This document shows, one piece after another, positions 18,652 to 26,932 of a stretch of DNA of 64,000 bases. Numbering within the stretch: position 1 is the stretch's first letter; each line of letters opens with the position of its first letter. The stretch comes from an uncultured Candidatus Saccharibacteria bacterium (GTDB lineage Bacteria > Patescibacteriota > Minisyncoccia > Phycocordibacterales > UBA12445), in contig CAZYTH010000005.1 in assembly GCA_964649715.1 (NCBI GenBank), forward strand, positions 1,765-65,764, given 5' to 3'. The notes beneath the pieces are model-generated. The model made no database searches. It was not told where the DNA came from and saw nothing but the letters and a program-made list of their open reading frames with translations. Both the position numbers and the translations under genes were made by a program.

Positions 18652-18730
18652 AAAATAGGAAAAGAAAAAAGGCGTTCGGTTTAAAACCGAAACGCCCTGT
18701 GTAGGCTTTCGCCCGATGTGTGTGTGAAGA

Positions 18731-19198
18731 CTACTTCTTCTTCTTGCCGCCCTTACCCTTGTTCTTCTTGTTCTTGCCCCCATCGGAGGAGCCGCCCTTC
18801 CCTTTCTTCTGCTTCGGGGGCTTCACCTTGGGATGCCAAGTGCCGTTGGCCTTCCCCGCTTCGATGCCGGCCCAACGAGCCGGCTTGGCCTTGGACTTTT
18901 TCTTCGACCCAACGCGGGAACGATTCAGGATTGACGGTCGATACTCCTCCTGAATCAAACCCTTGATGTAGGCCGAGTGGATTCGACGAACCTGAAAAGC
19001 CTCCCTTTCCTCGGCGTCGAAAATCGCGCCGTTCTGGACTTCGATGATGTTGCCGAGCGTGAAGTCCTTGTTGACGGTCTGAACCTTCCAGTCTCCTTCA
19101 TTGTCGGGAAGATTGGAGAGATTCTCGAGAATAATCCCGAGACCCTCAAACACCGAGAGGAAAAACTTGATTACCTCACCGACACGGAAGTTCACCAT
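18731..19198 (-). CDS. Hypothetical protein (155 aa) with GC3-rich codon usage and a Lys/Gly-rich C-terminal tail (KKKSKAKPA...KGKGGKKKK)
   Basis: Coherent ORF in a GC-rich segment. Consensus sigma70 promoter and AAAAGGAGGG ribosome-binding site upstream. Basic tail suggests nucleic-acid binding. No family recognised. Confidence 0.55.
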   Translation of the reverse strand: MVNFRVGEVIKFFLSVFEGLGIILENLSNLPDNEGDWKVQTVNKDFTLGNIIEVQNGAIFDAEEREAFQVRRIHSAYIKGLIQEEYRPSILNRSRVGSKKKSKAKPARWAGIEAGKANGTWHPKVKPPKQKKGKGGSSDGGKNKKNKGKGGKKKK

Positions 19199-19245
19199 AA
19201 AAATAGCCCTCCTTTTAAAATTTTGATGTTCTTAATTCTCTTTTA

Positions 19246-19274
19246 ATTATATACCTTTATTATGAATCTGTCAA
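19246..19274 (-). promoter_or_regulatory. Consensus sigma70 promoter TTGACA-17-TATAAT for the 155 aa gene
   Basis: Minus strand reads ggtggtgTTGACAgattcataataaaggtaTATAATtaaaag, about 45 nt upstream of ribosome-binding site AAAAGGAGGG and the ATG at 19198. Confidence 0.6.
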
Positions 19275-19435
19275 CACCACCAAATAAAATTGTCTAAAAT
19301 ACAGATAATCAACGACTATCATCCCTTTTGTCATTCCCGACTTGATCGGGAATCCAGAAATTGTCTTTGAAACTGGATCCCCGTTTTCACGGGGATGACA
19401 ACTAAAACCGAGTCGCACTAAGAAAAAACATGCAA

Positions 19436-19492
19436 CCCTGATTGGATAAAAATATATTCATCTAAAATGAATATATTTTTATCCAATCAGGG
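19436..19492 (-). terminator. 26 bp perfect inverted repeat with 5 nt loop, followed on the minus strand by ttgcatgtttttt
   Basis: ccctgattggataaaaatatattcat-ctaaa-atgaatatatttttatccaatcaggg. Unusually long stem. Could also be a protein-binding palindrome. Confidence 0.5.
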
Positions 19493-19502
19493 TAAAGAAA
19501 AA

Positions 19503-19529
19503 GGCGCTGAAGCTTGAGAGCTTAGCGCC
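19503..19529 (-). terminator. Rho-independent terminator (ggcgctaagctc-tcaa-gcttcagcgcc plus TTTTTCTTT) after the 292 aa gene
   Basis: Hairpin plus T-run on the minus strand, 50 nt after the stop at 19581. A smaller hairpin ggagatg-gac-atctcc (19540-19560) precedes it. Confidence 0.55.
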
Positions 19530-19580
19530 TGAAATGGACATTTTGTTGATGGAGATGTCCATCTCCGATTCTGCACTAGG

Positions 19581-20459
19581 TTACTTCTTGTTGGTCGGGC
19601 GGAGTTTGGATAGAAGGTTGGCAACCACCGGAACCTTCTCGATCTGTGCCCTGAATCCCTCATCCATCCACTTGAAGTGAGCGAACAGGAATCCGCCGTT
19701 ACCGTTCTGATTCTTGCGCCGTTCCAAGATCGGAACATCGCGCTCGAGACCGAGCTCCACCTTGCCTTCAACGAGCTGAAGAGTCCGGACCTTGGCCCAG
19801 ATCTCCCCATCGAAGCCTGACTTGGTGGAGATTACCGCACAGGGGCCCGCCGACCCGTGGATGTGGAGTTCTCCCCGAATGACACGAGGCCAGTCGAAGA
19901 TTTCCTTTCCGTCGGCGAGTTTCTTCTTCTTGGTGAAGCCACGGGAACCCCATTGCCAGCGAGCCTCGGAGATGGGCAGGGTGATCAGGATCTCGGAGAT
20001 CCGCTTGGCCAACTTCAGCTTAAGCTGGTCAGCGACGGCCTTGGGCAGGATCCGGAATTCGCTACGGGAAAGACTGACCGGAACGCCCTCGGAGGTCTCG
20101 GCCTCCATCTGACCATCGGCCTTGACCGAGATCAAGACCAGGTGACCGCACTTGACCGCAGCACCGACATAGCCGGACCGCGGATCGATGGGGGGCAGCT
20201 CCTTCAGAGTGCCGTCTTCCATCTTCTTCTGGCGGCGGATGTTGGCCATGCCGTAGAGACCGTTGAGCTCGAACTGCTCGATCGGGCGAAGGGAGGTCTT
20301 CTGGACCGCCTCCATGACCTGGTCGGTGCCGGCGATCTGAAGATCGACGAGATCTTCGGTTTCCTTGAGGATGAACATGGGCTTGGCGGATGGATCGTCC
20401 TTGAAGGCGACCCATTCCAACACGAACCGTGGTCTGCTGTTCTGATTCTTGTTCTCCAT
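19581..20459 (-). CDS. Hypothetical protein (292 aa) with GC3-rich codon usage
   Basis: Long ORF with protein-like composition. Opposite-strand ORFs are Asp/Gly/Leu-rich antisense artefacts. Ribosome-binding site AAAGGAGGG lies 8 nt before the ATG. No family recognised. Confidence 0.55.
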   Translation of the reverse strand: MENKNQNSRPRFVLEWVAFKDDPSAKPMFILKETEDLVDLQIAGTDQVMEAVQKTSLRPIEQFELNGLYGMANIRRQKKMEDGTLKELPPIDPRSGYVGAAVKCGHLVLISVKADGQMEAETSEGVPVSLSRSEFRILPKAVADQLKLKLAKRISEILITLPISEARWQWGSRGFTKKKKLADGKEIFDWPRVIRGELHIHGSAGPCAVISTKSGFDGEIWAKVRTLQLVEGKVELGLERDVPILERRKNQNGNGGFLFAHFKWMDEGFRAQIEKVPVVANLLSKLRPTNKK

Positions 20460-20763
20460 AACAATTGCCCTCCTTTGGGCTTCGAAATTCAGAATGTACC
20501 CTTTCGCTAAACTACCTCTTCCTCCAAAGAAGATTTGATTAAGCGAAGGACACGCGCACGGCCGGGTGAAATTCCACGGCCAATTTTTAGAACAGTTTCC
20601 CTTCCTCCTTTTTCATTTAACATAGAATTGACATCGCTTTCCTTGTGACGGAATTTCTCCCGCCCAAGATGGCAGTGCCGAGTCCGGATGTTGTTGTTGA
20701 CTTAATCCACCTCCTTCTTTTTGAAATAACCTTTATTGCAATGAACAAACTTGATTTTGGTTT

Positions 20764-20792
20764 ATAATACACAAAACTATATTTTTGTCAAG
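20764..20792 (-). promoter_or_regulatory. Near-consensus sigma70 promoter TTGACA-17-TATTAT that would give a ~300 nt GC-rich 5' leader for the 292 aa gene
   Basis: Minus strand reads gtcTTGACAaaaatatagttttgtgTATTATaaacc. Confidence 0.45.
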
Positions 20793-20840
20793 ACAAATTT
20801 GCGATAATCTAAAATAACGGCTTAAAATAAAAATTTTTAG

Positions 20841-20918
20841 GAAACCGGGTTAATTAAGGTTATAAATATAGAATTCTTTAGCCAAAAAAATTAGCAGTGG
20901 TAATTCATTAACCCGGTT
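20841..20918. repeat. 14 bp perfect inverted repeat gaaaccgggttaat ... attaacccggtttc separated by about 50 bp, abutting the holA stop
   Basis: Seen directly at 20841-20854 and 20905-20918. Confidence 0.5.
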
Positions 20919-20928
20919 TCTTCTTGTT

Positions 20929-21666
20929 TTACAGATTTAGGATAAAACCCTCAAGGGCGTTATCAAATTCAGCCACCCCTCTTCTTGAGTCGTGATACAA
21001 AGATACAAGGTCACCATATAATTTTTTTAATTCTTCTTCACTAAAATTTTTGGAGTATTTTTTGGCCTTCATCAAAACAAAAGGGGCTATCTTTAGTTTT
21101 TCCACCGCCCTATCGCCTTTGTCTTCAGCAATCTTTGCCAAAAGCATATTTTTCACCTGCCAAACAAACTTCCAAAAAACTTCCTCGGGAGCGATGTCTT
21201 CTCTAATGGCTTTCTGATACAAAACCCATATTTTCTTTTTATCTTTTTCTCCGAAAGCGTCTGATATAGAAAAAATATTAAAACCCCTATCTTCCTTTTC
21301 TAGCCCGATTGGCAAATCAAAAGTAAAAATTTTCTCCGCACCCTTGGCTAGTTTAATGAAATCACCCTTTTTTATATTATCTTCAACAAAAATAAAAATG
21401 TTCGGAGAAGATCTAATCTCGTCTAATCTATCCAAAACAACTTCCTTCGCTTCATCATTTTTAAAAATATCCTCACAAATAATGAGAAATTTATCGGAAA
21501 AAAGACTTTGGCTACCTAAATGACCCAAAAAAGAACCTTTATCAAAAACATCCTCTGTGAATCTAAAAATATTTGAGTGAGGATTTTTCTTAAAAAAAGA
21601 TTCAACCGTCGTCTTTAATTTGGCGTGACTTTTTATTGTATCTTTGCCGTGAAATAAATACAGCAT
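20929..21666 (-). CDS. holA: DNA polymerase III delta subunit (HolA)
   Basis: MLYLFHGKDTIKSHAKL N-terminus and 245 aa size. Sits upstream of polA in a replication gene context. Moderate similarity pattern to HolA. Confidence 0.6.
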   Translation of the reverse strand: MLYLFHGKDTIKSHAKLKTTVESFFKKNPHSNIFRFTEDVFDKGSFLGHLGSQSLFSDKFLIICEDIFKNDEAKEVVLDRLDEIRSSPNIFIFVEDNIKKGDFIKLAKGAEKIFTFDLPIGLEKEDRGFNIFSISDAFGEKDKKKIWVLYQKAIREDIAPEEVFWKFVWQVKNMLLAKIAEDKGDRAVEKLKIAPFVLMKAKKYSKNFSEEELKKLYGDLVSLYHDSRRGVAEFDNALEGFILNL

Positions 21667-21745
21667 GTTTATAATGTTATCAAGTTATCAAGTTCATAAA
21701 GTTGTCGAGTTCACCGAAGGCGAAACTTTATAACATTATAACTTT

Positions 21746-24181
21746 TTAGCTTTCAACTTCTTTTAAATCTCCCCAGTTGTCCCCTACCGAAGCATCCACA
21801 AGTAACGGTAAATTAATTGAAACAGCATTTTCCATTGCGTGCTTTATCAAAGCAACGTTGTTGTTCAAGTGCTCGTCATCCTTAACCTCAAAAAGGAGCT
21901 CATCATGGACCTGAAGCAATAAGTGAACGCTGTCTTTTAACTTTTTCTCCTCAAGTTTTTTGTCCACATGAGAGATGGCGAGCTTGATTATATCACCCGT
22001 CGCACTCCCCTGAATAGGTGCATTCATAGCCATTCTCTCCGCCTCGCTTCTGATATATGGCAAGTGCGAATTAATCTCGGGAAAATATCTTCGCCTCCCA
22101 AAGTAGGTGGTTGTATAACCCCGACTTCTTGCCTCCGATTTAATTCTTTCAAAATATTCACGAACTCTTGGAAATTTATTGAAATATTCGTTGTAAAATT
22201 TCTCAGCCTCCTCTGTGGTGGTTCCAAGATTTTTCTTTAATGCCCTAACACCCATCCCGTATATAATACCAAAATTTATAACTTTGGCCTGCCTCCTCAT
22301 TTCTTTTGTGACGTCGCCCTCCGCAACACCAAATACTTTCGAAGCCACGCTTGCATGAATGTCTTTTCCATCCCTGAACGTCTGAATAAGCACCTCGTCC
22401 TCAGTGAGCCAGGCAAGAACCCTCATCTCTATTTGAGAATAGTCAAAAGCGCATATTTTATAACCTTTGGACGAGATAAATGCACGTCTCACCTCAGAAC
22501 CAAACTCTCCTCTCGCCGGAATGTTTTGCAAATTCGGATCGGTTGAAGACATTCTTCCTGTGGTTGTTCCCGTCTGATTTAAATGTGTATGAAGACGGCC
22601 ATTCTCGTCGACTTTTTCGGGGAGATTGTCTACATAAGTTGAAAGCAATTTTTGAAGGCCCCTATATTCAAGGATATCGGCAATTATCGGATGAACATCT
22701 TTTAGTTTTTCAAGCTCTGACTCTCTCGTCGATATCGAACCGCCTGCCGTTTTTTTTATTCCCTTTTTTGACAAAGCCATCTTTACAAAAAGTATTTCCC
22801 CTAACTGTTTTGGTGAATTTATGTTAAATTCCACACCTGCGTGCTTCCATATCTTAGCTTCGTAATCTGAAAGTCTCTTGTGATAGTCAACCGAAATATC
22901 TTTCAAATATTTTGTATCAAGAAGTATCCCTCTGTTTTCCGCATCTTCAATTATTTTTATTAAAGGTAACTCTATTTCATCATAAACCCTCCCAAGTCCA
23001 TCCTCTTTCATCCTTTCCAACAGTTTCTTTTCAACAACGTCAAAATCCTTACTGTCGGCAAATACATAGAGGTCTTCTGTCTTCGGATCGGTCTTGCTTG
23101 AGTCTATGAGCCAAAGAGCAATAAAGGCTTTTTTGAGACGAATGGGGTTTATTTCTATTTCATTTATATCTGAATTCACAGTTTCTGTGTTAGAACTCTC
23201 ACTTGGACTCCCGGAGTCCAAGTGATCAAACTTGCCAAGAAGCTCGTCCAAACGGCCAGGCAAAGTGCGGAACTCAAGATCAGTAAATATCTGTTTTGCA
23301 CTAGATACAACGAGAGACTCTTTCCATGTTTTTTGGGGTATTTCAAAATCTAAAGGCACGTCTCTTTTTATGGTCGCAAGTTTTTTTGAAAAAAATGCTT
23401 CTTCTTCACCATTTTTTAAGAGTTCTATCATTCGGGTCTTTATTCCAGCCTGCTCAAATTTTTTCTCACCATCTTTTTTGTTCAGAATCTCATAAATATT
23501 TTCAATAGTTCCAAAACTTTTTATAAGATTCTCAGCAGTTTTTTCTCCTATTCCCTTTATGCCGATAATATTATCCGACGGATCACCACGAAGACCCTTG
23601 AAATCACTCATGTATTTCGGAGAAAAACCGTACCTCTCCTCTATTCCCTTTTCGTCGTAAATAATTGTATCTTTTATTCCTTTATGAAGTGTATAGACAA
23701 CAACTTCATCATCTTCAATAAGTTGAGTGGTATCCAAGTCTCCGGAAGCGATAACAATCTGCACCTTACCACCATCAACCTTCATGTCTTTTACGTTCTC
23801 AGCAATCGTACCAATAAGATCGTCTGCCTCAAAACCCTCTTTCTCGTAATAAGGAATATTAAAAGCTTTAAATACTTCTCTTGATCTAATTATTTGCTCT
23901 ATAAGTGCGTCATCGGTCTTTTTTCTTCCAGCTTTATATCCATCGTACATTTCTTTTCTAAATGTAGGCTTGGGAAGATCGTAACAAGCTATAATATAAT
24001 CCGGTTTAAGATCACCGATAATCTTTATAATCATTAAAGACAACCCATAAAGCGCACCAGTGGGTTCACCTTTTGAAGTCGTAAAATCAGGAAGAGCGTG
24101 GTATGCACGATGAAGTATGGCATGAACATCCAACAACACCAGACGTTTCTTGTATTGTTTTTTAATTACCTTATGTTCCAT
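21746..24181 (-). CDS. polA: DNA polymerase I
   Basis: N-terminal 5'-3' exonuclease motifs (LLDVHAILHRAYHAL, GIKGIGEKTA). Polymerase motifs RRQAKVINFGIIYGMG and LLQVHDELLFEV. Confidence 0.9.
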   Translation of the reverse strand: MEHKVIKKQYKKRLVLLDVHAILHRAYHALPDFTTSKGEPTGALYGLSLMIIKIIGDLKPDYIIACYDLPKPTFRKEMYDGYKAGRKKTDDALIEQIIRSREVFKAFNIPYYEKEGFEADDLIGTIAENVKDMKVDGGKVQIVIASGDLDTTQLIEDDEVVVYTLHKGIKDTIIYDEKGIEERYGFSPKYMSDFKGLRGDPSDNIIGIKGIGEKTAENLIKSFGTIENIYEILNKKDGEKKFEQAGIKTRMIELLKNGEEEAFFSKKLATIKRDVPLDFEIPQKTWKESLVVSSAKQIFTDLEFRTLPGRLDELLGKFDHLDSGSPSESSNTETVNSDINEIEINPIRLKKAFIALWLIDSSKTDPKTEDLYVFADSKDFDVVEKKLLERMKEDGLGRVYDEIELPLIKIIEDAENRGILLDTKYLKDISVDYHKRLSDYEAKIWKHAGVEFNINSPKQLGEILFVKMALSKKGIKKTAGGSISTRESELEKLKDVHPIIADILEYRGLQKLLSTYVDNLPEKVDENGRLHTHLNQTGTTTGRMSSTDPNLQNIPARGEFGSEVRRAFISSKGYKICAFDYSQIEMRVLAWLTEDEVLIQTFRDGKDIHASVASKVFGVAEGDVTKEMRRQAKVINFGIIYGMGVRALKKNLGTTTEEAEKFYNEYFNKFPRVREYFERIKSEARSRGYTTTYFGRRRYFPEINSHLPYIRSEAERMAMNAPIQGSATGDIIKLAISHVDKKLEEKKLKDSVHLLLQVHDELLFEVKDDEHLNNNVALIKHAMENAVSINLPLLVDASVGDNWGDLKEVES

Positions 24182-24243
24182 AGAAATAAATCAAAATTTA
24201 AAATTATTTTTCCCTTTAATATTTTTATTTGTCATTTTGATTT

Positions 24244-24699
24244 TTAGATGACTTCCAGTCTTCTTGTCTCCGAGTCCACAAATTCAAACAGTATCTTTCT
24301 ATGTCCCTTTGGCATATGACCGCCAATCTTCTCCGGCCACTCAATAAAAATTATATTTTTTCTATCTGAAATAATATTTTTCCAGTCCAAAGGAATTATC
24401 TCATCGGGAGTTTCAAGACGATAAGCGTCGATGTGTATCATATTTTTAAAGTGAAAGTGGTCTTTCAGGGGATATCTTTTTTGTAAGACAAAAGTTGGAC
24501 TTATTATATTATCCTTAACCCCAAAAGTCTTTGCTATCCCTTGAACAAAAGATGTTTTTCCTGATCCCAAATCCCCATGAAGACCAATTACCGTAGCTCC
24601 TGAAGGCATTTGTCCATTTTTCAAAAGCGCATTCAAAGAAAAAACGAATTCCTCCGCAACCTTTTGTGTTTCTCCAAGATTTTTTGTGGTTATCTTCAT
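24244..24699 (-). CDS. tsaE: tRNA threonylcarbamoyladenosine biosynthesis protein TsaE
   Basis: LHGDLGSGKTSFVQGIAKTFGV ... ISPTFVL ... HIDAYRL matches the TsaE/YjeE signature. Confidence 0.8.
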   Translation of the reverse strand: MKITTKNLGETQKVAEEFVFSLNALLKNGQMPSGATVIGLHGDLGSGKTSFVQGIAKTFGVKDNIISPTFVLQKRYPLKDHFHFKNMIHIDAYRLETPDEIIPLDWKNIISDRKNIIFIEWPEKIGGHMPKGHRKILFEFVDSETRRLEVI

Positions 24700-24887
24700 T
24701 AAAATTAATACTATCATTTTTTAAACAAATTCAAAGCAGAAAATAATTGTGAAATTTTTAAACAAAAGTGATAAAATAGTAACTGTCAAGACTTTACATT
24801 ATTTTTTGTTTTTGTCCTGTTAGTAAAAAATTTGTTAATTAAGATAAAATGAGTAGGATGTAATTAAGAGTAAGAAAAAAAATAAAA

Positions 24888-26585
24888 ATGAGTGATTTTG
24901 ACGACATACAAGGACAAAAGAAATTAGAGGATATAAAAATTCGGGAAGCCGAAGAGTTGGCTCAAATTCTATCAGGAAGATATAGCATCCCTTATGTTGA
25001 CCTAAGCTCTATCTCAATAAACACTGATGCTCTCAGAATAATAGAAGAACCCATTGCCAGAGACTCAAAAATAGCTGGATTTCAAATGACCGGCAAAAAG
25101 ATAAGTCTAGCTGTACTATCCCCCGCAAATCCAAAAGTTGATACTGTTTTAAACAATGTTCGAGAAAGAGGTTTTGAACCCGTGCTTTTTATAAGCTCAG
25201 AAAAAAGCCTTGAAAGAGCGTGGGAAAGATATAGCGAGATATCAAAAGCGGCTGAAACAAAAGCTGGACTTATTGATGTCTCAAAAGAATTGCTTACCGA
25301 AATACTTGAAAAAACAAAAGGGGTTGAGGACATAAAGAAACAAATAGAAGAACTAACTAAAGACAATAAAACCCAAGGAGTATCTAGAATACTTGAAATC
25401 ATCATTGCTGGTGCTCTCGCAACAAAAGCCTCAGATATTCACATGGAACCCCAAGAAGAATCAGTGAGATTAAGATATCGACTGGACGGTATTCTTCATG
25501 ATATAGATTTTTTCAGTCATCATGTATATAAACTTATCGTTTCAAGAATAAAATTAATTTCTGCACTCAAGCTTAATGTTAAAAAAAGCTCTCAAGATGG
25601 AAGGTTTACGATAGGAACACAAAACAAAGACATTGAAGTAAGAACATCCGTTCTTCCCGGGGTCTATGGCGAGACCATTGTTATGAGACTTCTTGATCCA
25701 GACTCTATATCAATAGATCTTGAAATGATGGGAATTGAAGAAAAACTTCTTCGAATATTCAACGACGAAATAAAAAAACCAAACGGTCTTATTCTAACAA
25801 CAGGACCAACCGGTTCCGGAAAAACCACGACTCTTTATGCTTTTTTAAGAAAGGTCAATGATCCAGGTAATAAAATAATCACAATCGAAGATCCTGTGGA
25901 ATATCACATGAAAGGAGTTTCTCAGACTCAAGTCAGTGAAGATGGCGGATACACTTTCCTTGAAGGTCTTCGAGCGGCTCTTCGTCAAGATCCCGATATC
26001 ATTATGGTAGGAGAAATAAGGGACTCAGAAACGGCAAAAATCGCCATAAACTCAGCTTTAACAGGACATCTGGTATTCTCTACCCTTCACACAAATGACG
26101 CAGCTGGAGCGATTCCAAGACTAGTGGACCTTGGAATAAATTCAAAAATCATTGGCTCGGCCCTTACTCTTGCAATAGCACAAAGACTTGTAAGAAAACT
26201 TTGCGCTAACTGTAAAAAAGCAGTTCCACCAAATCCCGAAGAAAGTAAAATAATCAACATTGTATCCAAATTGATAAAAGAAAAAAGACCAGAGATTGAA
26301 GTTCCAGAAGGGAAAGAAATATGGGTCGCAGGAGATGGATGTGAAATATGCAATGGGGTCGGATATAAGGGCAGGACTGGTGTCTTTGAGGCAATAATGG
26401 TTGATCCTGATGTCACAAGAGTTATTACAGATAAAGTTAACGACAGAGAAATTAAAGATGCTTCAAAAAAACAGGGAATCTTGGATATGAGGGAACACGG
26501 AATACTAAAAGTATTGCAAGGAATAACATCAATAGAAGAATTAGAAAGAGTCGTCCAGTTAAAGTTAGCAGAAGAAAGTTATTAG
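24888..26585 (+). CDS. pilB: Type IV pilus / type II secretion ATPase (PilB/GspE family)
   Basis: Walker A LILTTGPTGSGKTTTLYAF. Motif GEIRDSETAKIAINSALTGHLVFSTLHTNDAAGAIPRL. C-terminal CxxC...CxxC zinc motif. Confidence 0.85.
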   Translation: MSDFDDIQGQKKLEDIKIREAEELAQILSGRYSIPYVDLSSISINTDALRIIEEPIARDSKIAGFQMTGKKISLAVLSPANPKVDTVLNNVRERGFEPVLFISSEKSLERAWERYSEISKAAETKAGLIDVSKELLTEILEKTKGVEDIKKQIEELTKDNKTQGVSRILEIIIAGALATKASDIHMEPQEESVRLRYRLDGILHDIDFFSHHVYKLIVSRIKLISALKLNVKKSSQDGRFTIGTQNKDIEVRTSVLPGVYGETIVMRLLDPDSISIDLEMMGIEEKLLRIFNDEIKKPNGLILTTGPTGSGKTTTLYAFLRKVNDPGNKIITIEDPVEYHMKGVSQTQVSEDGGYTFLEGLRAALRQDPDIIMVGEIRDSETAKIAINSALTGHLVFSTLHTNDAAGAIPRLVDLGINSKIIGSALTLAIAQRLVRKLCANCKKAVPPNPEESKIINIVSKLIKEKRPEIEVPEGKEIWVAGDGCEICNGVGYKGRTGVFEAIMVDPDVTRVITDKVNDREIKDASKKQGILDMREHGILKVLQGITSIEELERVVQLKLAEESY

Positions 26586-26932
26586 TTTTTTTACAAAATT
26601 AATAAAACCCGCCGAGTGGCAGGTTTTATTACACAGAATTTATAGAGAATTTGATTCTCTAAGCAATTCTTTTAATATAGAATTAAAAGTTAGATAATTT
26701 TTGAAGGATGGTCTCAGTAATTTCACTCAAAAGGTGAGTACCAAGGCGTCCTCCTCAAAAAATCATTTAAACCTGGAGGTTTTATTGCTTAGAGAATCAA
26801 GGTCTCTATTTGTAAAATATCAAAATTTTGCAAATTACAGGAATTACAGGCAAGATATGTTAATAACAGATAAAAGTATTTTTGTAAACCTTTATCCAAC
26901 CTGTTCGGGAATCCTATCATAATAAAATAAAA

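Noticed and set aside
19290-19420. GC-rich hairpins (tcccga-cttg-atcggga and ccccg-ttttca-cgggg) that look like CRISPR repeats
   Set aside because: The two hairpins differ from each other, occur once each, and have no spacer-repeat periodicity. No cas genes are in the window. Not a CRISPR array.
19792-20510. Long plus-strand ORFs (19792-20112, 19857-20510) and other overlapping ORFs in the GC-rich segment (18718-18966, 18720-18953, 20062-20415, 20204-20464, 19487-19810)
   Set aside because: Asp/Gly/Leu/Arg/Pro-rich low-complexity translations, typical of antisense or off-frame reading of GC-rich coding DNA. The minus-strand 292 aa and 155 aa ORFs have protein-like composition and their own ribosome-binding sites.
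20507-20623. 38 aa upstream ORF (MLNEKGGRETVLKIGRGISPGRARVLRLIKSSLEEEVV) in the GC-rich leader of the 292 aa gene
   Set aside because: No ribosome-binding site, and very short. Could be a leader peptide, but it is indistinguishable from chance in GC-rich sequence.
17500-20930. Integrated prophage or integrative element at tRNA-Lys
   Set aside because: No integrase, no phage structural genes and no direct repeat of the tRNA 3' end. The island is on the 5' side of the tRNA. Only a RAYT transposase and two unknown genes are present, so this was reported as a compositional island instead.
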